A stretch of 16,659 bases of DNA from a virus. Taxonomy: Duplodnaviria > Heunggongvirae > Uroviricota > Caudoviricetes. Position numbers and translations under genes: made by a program. Positions within the stretch are counted from its first letter, which is position 1. Every line of letters begins with the position of its first letter. A model generated the notes under the pieces. The model ran no database searches. It was not told the origin of the DNA and worked only from the letters and a program-made list of their open reading frames with translations. Location of the stretch: IMG/VR virus record IMGVR_UViG_2548876696_000013; one strand, written 5' to 3'. Below, in pieces: positions 8,982 to 14,726 of this stretch.

Positions 8982-9157
8982 GCGGCAAAAACTCAACCGT
9001 TTTTCATAAGGGAATCAGCAATCGCACCGATCGTTTTCCCGCCTGGTAATGAATATTGGCGAGCACATTAACAGGCGGGAAAGTGGCCCCAGCGTCCTGG
9101 CACCACGGGCGAGAATAATCATGATTCAGTTCGGGTAAAATATGCCGATCCGCTCAG

Positions 9158-9205
9158 TGAACAACGTGGAACAACCACGAACAAATAATTTACAAAAAAT
9201 AACAA
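9158..9205 (+). promoter_or_regulatory. Array of 10-bp-phased GAACAA hexamers upstream of the capsid operon; candidate activator-binding site
   Basis: GAACAA at 9159, 9169 and 9179 with spacers CGTG, CCAC and ATAA; two weaker ACAA copies follow at 9192 and 9202. Same motif family as 1584-1609 and 15338-15383. Confidence 0.5.
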
Positions 9206-9225
9206 AAAGCCGGATTGCTCCGGCT
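9192..9225 (-). terminator. Rho-independent terminator after the 74-aa gene
   Basis: Hairpin AGCCGGA-ttgc-TCCGGCT (9208-9225) followed on the minus strand by a U-rich tract; the gene's stop codon is at 9236. Confidence 0.7.
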
Positions 9226-9235
9226 GTATGGGTGC

Positions 9236-9460
9236 TCAGTCCCTGATCCCTTTCAGAAATTCTATCAATGCATCTGTCTGTTCAGGATTTACCGCCAGCA
9301 TTTCACCGGATAGCGCGCAACGAACAAAACCATGATGATCCTTTTCAATCAGCGCCCCCGTTTCCAGGAATGCTCGGTAATCAGTGATGTTCATCGTCTC
9401 CATGTTGTCAGCATGGTATTTATCACGCTGTTTTAATATCTCATCAAATTTCGTCGGCAT
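9236..9460 (-). CDS. Hypothetical protein (74 aa), insulated monocistronic gene
   Basis: Start chosen at the internal ATG (9458-9460), which has GAGGA 7 nt upstream. Flanked on both sides by near-identical terminator hairpins. Confidence 0.55.
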   Translation of the reverse strand: MPTKFDEILKQRDKYHADNMETMNITDYRAFLETGALIEKDHHGFVRCALSGEMLAVNPEQTDALIEFLKGIRD

Positions 9461-9554
9461 TGTTTTTTCCTCTGTTGTGTCTGTTTGTTTCAGATAGTAA
9501 CTATGCCGGACCGTGACGAAAAGCCAGTAGTGCGCCATACCATTTCAAATGACG

Positions 9555-9578
9555 CAAAAAAGCCGGATTGCTCCGGCT
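9555..9578 (-). terminator. Rho-independent terminator after the PerC-like gene (same hairpin sequence as 9208-9225)
   Basis: Hairpin AGCCGGATTGCTCCGGCT at 9561-9578 preceded on the plus strand by A6 (U6 on the minus-strand transcript). Upstream stop codon at 9601. Confidence 0.7.
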
Positions 9579-9600
9579 GCGTGGTGTGGTTCTGATATTC

Positions 9601-9849
9601 CTACTCAGCTAATTTGCTCAGCCCCATGTCTGCATAAGTGCGATTTACTGCATTTCTCAGGTCTGCGTAGTTCTCCGTTGGCGGCTCCGGTGGCCTCTGT
9701 GCCTTCCTGGAACATTCCAGCCGTCGCATCGTAACCTGATGCCGTTCCTTGTCTGTCTCCACCAGCTGCATGACTTCACCCCATCGCGCCGCCGCCCTCC
9801 GGTAAAATCCTTTCGCCTCGAGTTCCTCCGCTATGCGGTCATGTACCAT
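9601..9849 (-). CDS. PerC/ANR-like small transcriptional regulator (82 aa from the internal start MVHDR)
   Basis: Start chosen immediately after the SSB stop, with a strong SD (GAGGGGGTGAGG then ATG). The motif AEELEAKGFYRRAAARWGEV resembles the PerC-family core from memory. The longer ORF to 9969 would overlap SSB. Confidence 0.45.
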   Translation of the reverse strand: MVHDRIAEELEAKGFYRRAAARWGEVMQLVETDKERHQVTMRRLECSRKAQRPPEPPTENYADLRNAVNRTYADMGLSKLAE

Positions 9850-9859
9850 CCTCACCCCC

Positions 9860-10270
9860 TCAGAACGGAATACCATCACCGTAAGGGTCATCGCCTCCCG
9901 CTGGTGGCTGATTACCCTGTGTGCCTGTGGTTTTGCGTCTGTTCCCGCCTGGACGTGCCGCGCGGGCACTGATTACGCTGTCTGCGATAACCTGCCAGCC
10001 CTGCCGCGTTTCGCCGTTCTGGCCTGTCCACTGGCTTACCTGCATCGTGCCGGATACGCTGGCAACATCGCCTTTTTGATGTTTAGCCAGGAAGTCGGCC
10101 TGTTTGCCAAATGCGATGACCGATAACCATAACGTCGCCTGTCCGTCCTGTGCCTGGCTGCATGGCAAAGATACCGCCATACGCGCCAGCGTCATCGGTG
10201 TGCCCTTGCTGGTCTGTTTTACCTGCGGGTCGTCCACCAGCCGCCCGTAAGCGGCTATCTGTGCCGTCAT
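9860..10270 (-). CDS. ssb: Single-stranded DNA-binding protein (136 aa)
   Basis: OB-fold-like N-terminus (YGRLVDDPQVKQTSKGTPMTLARMAV), Gly/Pro/Gln-rich linker and acidic C-terminal tip DDPYGDGIPF characteristic of SSB. ATGA overlap with the upstream gene. Confidence 0.8.
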   Translation of the reverse strand: MTAQIAAYGRLVDDPQVKQTSKGTPMTLARMAVSLPCSQAQDGQATLWLSVIAFGKQADFLAKHQKGDVASVSGTMQVSQWTGQNGETRQGWQVIADSVISARAARPGGNRRKTTGTQGNQPPAGGDDPYGDGIPF

Positions 10271-10518
10271 AATTCCACCTCTCCGGTTTTAACGTTGATG
10301 GTTGTTACCTGTTCCGCTTCGGCAATCTCCCGTTCTGTCAGCGTGGCAAAGTTTGCCGCTGCTGTGGTCATGAATGCGCTTATCAGGTCGGGATGTTCTT
10401 TCGCGTATCCTTCCCCCGCGTGGCGGTCTATCGTTCTGATTGCCACCTTTAAGGCGTGCTCTGTCATGTCTAATGCTTTATATTTTGGCGCTGTCTTATC
10501 TCTGGTTTTTCTGTTCAT
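10267..10518 (-). CDS. Hypothetical protein (83 aa), first gene after the origin
   Basis: ORF translationally coupled to ssb (ATGA overlap). Start abuts the iteron array. No family recognised. Confidence 0.5.
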   Translation of the reverse strand: MNRKTRDKTAPKYKALDMTEHALKVAIRTIDRHAGEGYAKEHPDLISAFMTTAAANFATLTEREIAEAEQVTTINVKTGEVEL

Positions 10519-10716
10519 TCCCCACTACTCCCCACTTTTGCTCCCCACTTTTTGAAATTACCCACCGTCTCCCCACCTCTTTTTTTTGTGATTCTAACGT
10601 TATGTTTTTCAATATGTTTTTTACTCCCCACTTTTTTGGGTGTATACAGGTGGGAAAGTGGGTAATTATGTTTCAATTTTGTTAAATTCCCCACTCTCCC
10701 CACTTTTACTCCCCAC
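10519..10716. repeat. Iteron-type replication origin: 8 direct TCCCCAC repeats, 1 variant, 2 inverted copies and an AT-rich spacer
   Basis: TCCCCAC at 10519, 10529, 10542, 10570, 10625, 10688, 10697 and 10710; variant ACCCACC at 10560; inverted copies at 10649-10664; AT-rich stretch at 10577-10624. Lies directly 3' of the replication ATPase gene. Confidence 0.7.
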
Positions 10717-10719
10717 TTT

Positions 10720-12129
10720 TTACAGCGGGCGCACGTCATCACCGTCAATAACGATTACGCCATCATTTTCCAGCTTGTACAGCCAGCGCCGGAAGTGCTT
10801 CATCTCATACCCCAGCTTTTTCATATCATCGCGGAGAAGGGCGATAGTGCACGCCTCCCCGTGTGCTGTTCGTGTTCTGATGCACTGCCATAGCGCGGCG
10901 TGATTCTCCGTCTTGTTCCCTGCCTCCTCGATGCGCTCCAGTTCAACGGGAGGGCGCGGCTTATCCACCACCACCAGCGACGTGATTAACTCCCCGTCAG
11001 CGTCGGTAAAAAGCTCCACCACCCGCAAATCATAGGCAGCCTCTTTGAGTTCCTCCGCGTCCTTCATTTTGGTGCATGAGATAACCAGCGCTTCGCTTCC
11101 TGCGTCCTCCCTGCGTATCCGGTATTCAGCATCCAGTGATGCACGAAATGCACTGGAACCGCGCGCGCCTTTCGTCTCATCCTTGCCGGAATGGTGAACC
11201 ACCAGCACCGTGGCCCCTGTGCGCCGTTTCAGTTCGTCACACCCACGGATAAACGCCCCCATGTCACGGGAATCATTTTCGTCATTGCCGCCAAAGCAAC
11301 GCGCCAGCGTGTCCAGAATAATCATGCGAACAGGTTTACCCGTTTCCCGCTCAACCTGGCTGGCAGCAATAACCAGTTCATCAACATCAAGCGGGACAGC
11401 CGGAAAGATGGGACGGTTTACAAGGTAAAGATTTTTCACCTGCTCCCCGTGCACAACCTCCCAGGCTTTTACACGACGCGGAACGCCAATACCGCCTTCA
11501 CCAACCACATAGAGAACAGCGCCATGCGCCACCCTGCGGCCTCCCCACTGGCGGCCCGTGGAAACGTGACACGCCCACGATCCGGCAAGGAATGATTTAT
11601 AGGAACCGCTCGCCCCGTATATGCTGCAAAGCGACGATGCCGGAATAATCCCCTTTACCACGTAATCAAGCTGTGTGTCGTATCCGGTAGATCCAACGCT
11701 CATCGGTAGCGTGGTTTTTCGCTGGGGGATTTTTTTCATGACCAGGCTTTCCCCGCGTTCCCATGCCTCCCTAAGCCGTGGAAGCTGGTCGTTCCATTCC
11801 TCCAGCAATTCGAAATTTTCAGAAAGTAGCCGCGCCTCCTGGACTCCGGCGATCGCCAGTTTCGTGGCGATGGTTAACAGCTGCGGCTCTTCAATATTTC
11901 CGGCGCGTATCACCGTCGCCCTGTATCGCCCATCATCAACAATCTGGAGGTTATCCAGTTCGCTTAACTGATAACGCCCCAGATAAACGGGAGGGACTGG
12001 ATCGCCTGCTTTTTTGGCCTGTGCAATGATGTAGTGCTCTGCAAATGAGTGCGCATTATTCCCCGCGAAAATAATTGCTTCGGTGTATTTGTCTTTCGGT
12101 AATAGTTTTACGTTCGGTGCAAGTTTCAT
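10720..12129 (-). CDS. Replication initiation ATPase / helicase-like protein, RecA-fold AAA type (469 aa)
   Basis: Walker A motif GASGSYKS, Walker B-like MIILDTLARCF, and a C-terminal putative winged-helix region. Position immediately upstream of the iterons. Confidence 0.8.
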   Translation of the reverse strand: MKLAPNVKLLPKDKYTEAIIFAGNNAHSFAEHYIIAQAKKAGDPVPPVYLGRYQLSELDNLQIVDDGRYRATVIRAGNIEEPQLLTIATKLAIAGVQEARLLSENFELLEEWNDQLPRLREAWERGESLVMKKIPQRKTTLPMSVGSTGYDTQLDYVVKGIIPASSLCSIYGASGSYKSFLAGSWACHVSTGRQWGGRRVAHGAVLYVVGEGGIGVPRRVKAWEVVHGEQVKNLYLVNRPIFPAVPLDVDELVIAASQVERETGKPVRMIILDTLARCFGGNDENDSRDMGAFIRGCDELKRRTGATVLVVHHSGKDETKGARGSSAFRASLDAEYRIRREDAGSEALVISCTKMKDAEELKEAAYDLRVVELFTDADGELITSLVVVDKPRPPVELERIEEAGNKTENHAALWQCIRTRTAHGEACTIALLRDDMKKLGYEMKHFRRWLYKLENDGVIVIDGDDVRPL

Positions 12130-12425
12130 TTTTTACCCCTGAATACGTTCAACATCTTTCTTATTTCCTGAATATTGGCGCGTGCTTTCTCCCTGCTGGT
12201 GGGCACGTTACGCGGTACAGCCTGCACCAGAGAAAAATCACGGTCGAACTGATAAACAGGCATAACGCAATCATATTCGTAGCCTTCACGGCGGTAAGTT
12301 ACGCGCCGTTCCTCCACGCCCTTAATCATTACCGTGCCGCCGTACTGGTCGCGGTAAATATCACCGCGCGTAAATTTAGGGTGAGTGTTGCCACTGGCAG
12401 TTAAGCCAGGATATTTAAGTTTCAT
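12126..12425 (-). CDS. DUF4222-like small protein (99 aa)
   Basis: The pattern GDIYRDQYGGTVMIKGVEERRVTYRREGYEYDCVMPVYQF resembles the DUF4222 family often found next to satellite or prophage replication genes (from memory). ATGA overlap with the rep gene. Confidence 0.55.
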   Translation of the reverse strand: MKLKYPGLTASGNTHPKFTRGDIYRDQYGGTVMIKGVEERRVTYRREGYEYDCVMPVYQFDRDFSLVQAVPRNVPTSREKARANIQEIRKMLNVFRGKK

Positions 12426-12430
12426 TATTT

Positions 12431-12658
12431 TTATTCTCCGGTGTGGGGCGCTTTATTATTTTCGTGAATTGCCATCGCCTTATCCAGTTCATCAATTACA
12501 GGCGATAGTAATGTCTGAACGGCGGCAAATATTAATGATGCAGGTTCTCCACCATCTTCCGGCACGTCTATTAACTTAATTAACAGCGCATTCATTTCAC
12601 GCGCTTTAATTAATGCGTTTTCAGAATGAATAAGAACATCATAGGGTATTTTATGCAT
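12431..12658 (-). CDS. Hypothetical protein (75 aa)
   Basis: ORF whose start overlaps the stop of the upstream small gene by 8 nt (ATGCATAA). No family recognised. Confidence 0.5.
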   Translation of the reverse strand: MHKIPYDVLIHSENALIKAREMNALLIKLIDVPEDGGEPASLIFAAVQTLLSPVIDELDKAMAIHENNKAPHTGE

Positions 12659-12821
12659 GACTCACCCCCTGACGAATACGGGCGACAAAAATCAGATGTG
12701 CGCGCGGCAACTGGGCGCGGGCTTCGCGTTCAGTGGCTGCGGTAACGGTGTAAATATCAATGCTGCTGTGGTGGCACTGCATAAAGCGCCAGACAAAGTA
12801 AGGGCGTGCGGATACAGCCAT
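12651..12821 (-). CDS. Small protein, paralog B (56 aa core; possibly Icd-like). A longer 150-aa form starting at 13115 is also possible
   Basis: Shares FVWRF, TEREAR and ARIRQG motifs with paralog A. A synonymous codon difference in the shared ARIRQG segment supports coding on this strand. Start is ambiguous. Confidence 0.45.
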   Translation of the reverse strand: MAVSARPYFVWRFMQCHHSSIDIYTVTAATEREARAQLPRAHLIFVARIRQGVSHA

Positions 12822-13107
12822 GTGAAAGGCTCCCAGATGAAATTTAAGGAGTCTCGCTACTACGCTGCTAAACGGGGTGGCGAGACGTAACAGGGTTAGC
12901 AGACTGGTCATCTGGAAACCAGCGAGCGCAAAGGCTCCCCCGTTACGCCCCGCCATAATGCGGGTATGGGTAGGTTTACGGACACAAAAAAACCGCTTAT
13001 CGGATATGGGCGGCTGTCCGCCAGATGTATTCAGGCTGCTAAACCCGGTCGCCATGTGGGCGACGGGTGAAGCATACAGCCCCGTTATAATTTTTTGCAA
13101 GCGGCTT

Positions 13108-13305
13108 TTACTCATGATGTGACCCCTGACGAATACGAGCGGCAAATACAGCAACACAACCGGACGGGCAACGGTTACGCGCTTCGCGTTCCGTCCAGGC
13201 GGTGACGTGGATGATTTGAGATTCTCCGGCACTCAGGGCCAGAAAACGCCACACAAAGGCCGTTTGTGTGTGTACAAGGTGTGGTATATGATTTACGGCA
13301 ACCAT
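13108..13305 (-). CDS. Small protein, paralog A (65 aa); possible host cell-division-inhibitor Icd-like protein
   Basis: Strong SD (GAGGAG 6 nt upstream of the ATG). Paralogous to 12651-12821. The Icd-like call rests on an uncertain memory of the family pattern. Confidence 0.5.
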   Translation of the reverse strand: MVAVNHIPHLVHTQTAFVWRFLALSAGESQIIHVTAWTEREARNRCPSGCVAVFAARIRQGSHHE

Positions 13306-13336
13306 AACGGCTCCTCGTTTACGTTGTTGGTTAGAA

Positions 13337-13377
13337 GCCCCGTATGTGTTCCAGCACTGCGGGGTTTCGTCTTTTCT
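13337..13377 (+). terminator. Hairpin (ccccg / cgggg stem, conserved 17-nt loop) with a U-rich tail; plus-strand terminator-like element, copy 1
   Basis: Seen in sequence. A near-identical element, including the loop, occurs at 14083-14124. Confidence 0.45.
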
Positions 13378-13394
13378 GTACCTTGCATCAACAA

Positions 13395-13476
13395 GGTGTA
13401 AGACACAATGTAAAATAACGGTGTCTTACACGTCAACCCTTCAAAATATTTTTTTTTCGTGTATATTGTCTTACAC
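13395..13476. promoter_or_regulatory. Divergent promoter/operator region with three GTCTTACAC sites (one inverted pair and one direct copy)
   Basis: GGTGTAAGACAC at 13395-13406 is the reverse complement of GTGTCTTACAC at 13421-13431; a third copy lies at 13467-13476. A possible sigma70 promoter (TTCAAA, 16-nt spacer, TATATT) sits at 13440-13467. Confidence 0.5.
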
Positions 13477-13497
13477 CAAAAACATGAGGGGTTAAAC

Positions 13498-13677
13498 ATG
13501 GCAACGGGGCCAAAGAATGCAAAATCACAATCTGTAACTGCACGTATTGCCCATGAAATTATTGAAGGCATGGAGAACGTGAAAGAAGAAGGTGAAAGCA
13601 CGGGGCAGTTTATAAACGCAGCCATGCGCGGCGAAATCAAACGCCGCCAGCGTCGCAAGGCCAAAGAATCAGAATAA
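13498..13677 (+). CDS. Ribbon-helix-helix (CopG/Arc/MetJ-like) DNA-binding protein (59 aa); candidate repressor
   Basis: GAGGGG SD 7 nt upstream of the ATG. Beta-strand/helix/helix pattern (QSVTARIAHEIIEGMENVKEEGESTGQFINAAMRGEI) and a basic C-terminal tail. Confidence 0.55.
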   Translation: MATGPKNAKSQSVTARIAHEIIEGMENVKEEGESTGQFINAAMRGEIKRRQRRKAKESE

Positions 13678-13734
13678 TCACTATCAGCGCCGTGGTGTGA
13701 GGTACTACGGCGCATTGCTTTACAGGGCAGTATC

Positions 13735-13962
13735 ATGACCAACAACACACTATCACCAATACAAGACACGCAAACGCAAGATGATGAAATCATCCGGCAA
13801 AGGCAGTCAGAAGCCTGCGCCAGACTTGAGGAAGAACTAACCAGAACAAAAATACCACCACCAGCGCCGCGCTTAGTGCCACCAGAAAAATTTGCCCTTG
13901 AAGATTTTGTCGATAAATACCCACGGCGGCTTAAATCCGGCAAAAACCGACCGCCAGGATGA
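13735..13962 (+). CDS. Small hydrophilic protein (75 aa), partner of the RHH protein, module 1
   Basis: Paralogous to 14420-14623 (both start MTN; shared motif F-x-L-[ED]-[DE]-F-[VL]-x-K-Y-[PS]-R). Weak SD. Confidence 0.4.
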   Translation: MTNNTLSPIQDTQTQDDEIIRQRQSEACARLEEELTRTKIPPPAPRLVPPEKFALEDFVDKYPRRLKSGKNRPPG

Positions 13963-14082
13963 GTGCACAAAACCGAACTATGAAACGGATTATTCCGTTT
14001 CCGGGGCGTTTGTGTGTGTATAAAGAGTAAGCTATGCTCTTTTATAGCCATAATCGTTACCTCAATTAATGGTTTGGTTAGA

Positions 14083-14124
14083 CGCCCCGTATGTGTTCCC
14101 ATCACTGCGGGGCGTTGTTTTTTG
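14083..14124 (+). terminator. Rho-independent terminator-like hairpin (CGCCCCG / CGGGGCG) plus TTGTTTTTTG, copy 2
   Basis: 7-bp stem, 18-nt loop nearly identical to the loop at 13343-13359, then a T-rich tract. Confidence 0.5.
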
Positions 14125-14130
14125 TGCTAG

Positions 14131-14164
14131 TTGTGTGTAATGTGTATATACACATAAACACATT
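14131..14164. promoter_or_regulatory. Operator-like 16-bp perfect palindrome ATGTGTATATACACAT (14140-14155) overlapping a putative -10 element
   Basis: Perfect palindrome seen directly. Possible promoter TTGTGC (14122-14127), 17-nt spacer, TATATA (14145-14150). Confidence 0.45.
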
Positions 14165-14182
14165 ATATGGGGTGTAATTGAC

Positions 14183-14362
14183 GTGTCAACACACAAGAAT
14201 GAAAGGCGTGGTAATCCTCCTTTCCAGTTCCGTTTAGATCCTGACTTACGGGAAAAGATGGAAAAAGCACAACAACAAGACGGTGATGACTCTTTAGCTG
14301 CTTGGATAAAACGAATAATCCGAAAAGAATTACAGCAACGCGGTATTGAACCCAAAGAATAA
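14183..14362 (+). CDS. Arc-like ribbon-helix-helix protein (59 aa, GTG start)
   Basis: Absent from the supplied ORF track because it is only 59 aa. GGGGTG SD 8 nt upstream of GTG at 14183. The pattern PPFQFRLDPDLREKMEKAQQQDGDDSLAAWIKRIIRKEL matches the Arc/RHH fold. Confidence 0.5.
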   Translation: MSTHKNERRGNPPFQFRLDPDLREKMEKAQQQDGDDSLAAWIKRIIRKELQQRGIEPKE

Positions 14363-14419
14363 AAAACATCAGCGCCGTGGCGTGAGGAACTCCGGCGCAT
14401 TGCTTTACAGGTACACACA

Positions 14420-14623
14420 ATGACCAATAAAGAATCAACCAATACACCATCGCAAAAAACGAACAGAGAGCACGAAAATATGGCGCTCGAGCATGAATCA
14501 GAAAGATTCGCTCCATGCGCTTTTGTCCTTGATGAGTTTCTAAAAAAATATTCACGTTCTGAACGGATGAAAATGGCAGCACAATACGGCCCCAACAAGC
14601 AAGGTAATTGCCCACCAGCCTGA
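14420..14623 (+). CDS. Small hydrophilic protein (67 aa), partner of the RHH protein, module 2
   Basis: Paralog of 13735-13962; preceded by the same conserved hairpin element. Confidence 0.4.
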   Translation: MTNKESTNTPSQKTNREHENMALEHESERFAPCAFVLDEFLKKYSRSERMKMAAQYGPNKQGNCPPA

Positions 14624-14697
14624 TAGCGGCTATCATTCCCGTGCTTATGTTTGGGATCACATACACATAAGGCGCAGCAGGTTAATTGTTCAGAAAG

Positions 14698-14726
14698 GCG
14701 GCTCCATATCGGGGCCGCTTTTTTTA
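14698..14726 (+). terminator. Strong Rho-independent terminator (GCGGCTCC-atatc-GGGGCCGC then T7)
   Basis: 8-bp GC-rich stem with one G-U pair, 5-nt loop, seven T's. Ends the plus-strand modules and lies convergent with the alpA 3' end. Confidence 0.75.

Noticed and set aside
9461-9538. N-terminal 26 codons of the 100-aa ORF 9236-9538
   Set aside because: The internal ATG at 9458-9460 has a canonical GAGGA SD, whereas the upstream ATG has none and lies in the promoter-like region next to the upstream terminator.
9850-9969. N-terminal extension of the PerC-like ORF (the 122-aa form starting at 9969)
   Set aside because: It would overlap the SSB gene by 110 nt in another frame. The internal ATG at 9847-9849 has a strong SD immediately after the SSB stop.
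10519-10716. Possible CRISPR array (short direct repeats)
   Set aside because: The repeat unit is only 7-11 bp with irregular spacing of 9-55 bp, includes inverted copies and an AT-rich block, and has no uniform spacers or cas genes. It is an iteron origin, not CRISPR.
10515-10748. 77-aa minus-strand ORF spanning the TCCCCAC repeat array
   Set aside because: The frame is made of the iteron repeats, giving a repetitive KVG/KWG-rich translation, and it overlaps the rep stop. Interpreted as non-coding origin DNA.
12657-13401. Plus-strand ORFs antisense to the tandem small paralogs (12657-12890, 12877-13122, 13207-13401)
   Set aside because: The two duplicated copies conserve protein motifs and show a synonymous change on the minus strand. 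The plus-strand frames are not conserved between copies (one hits an early stop) and lack SD sequences.
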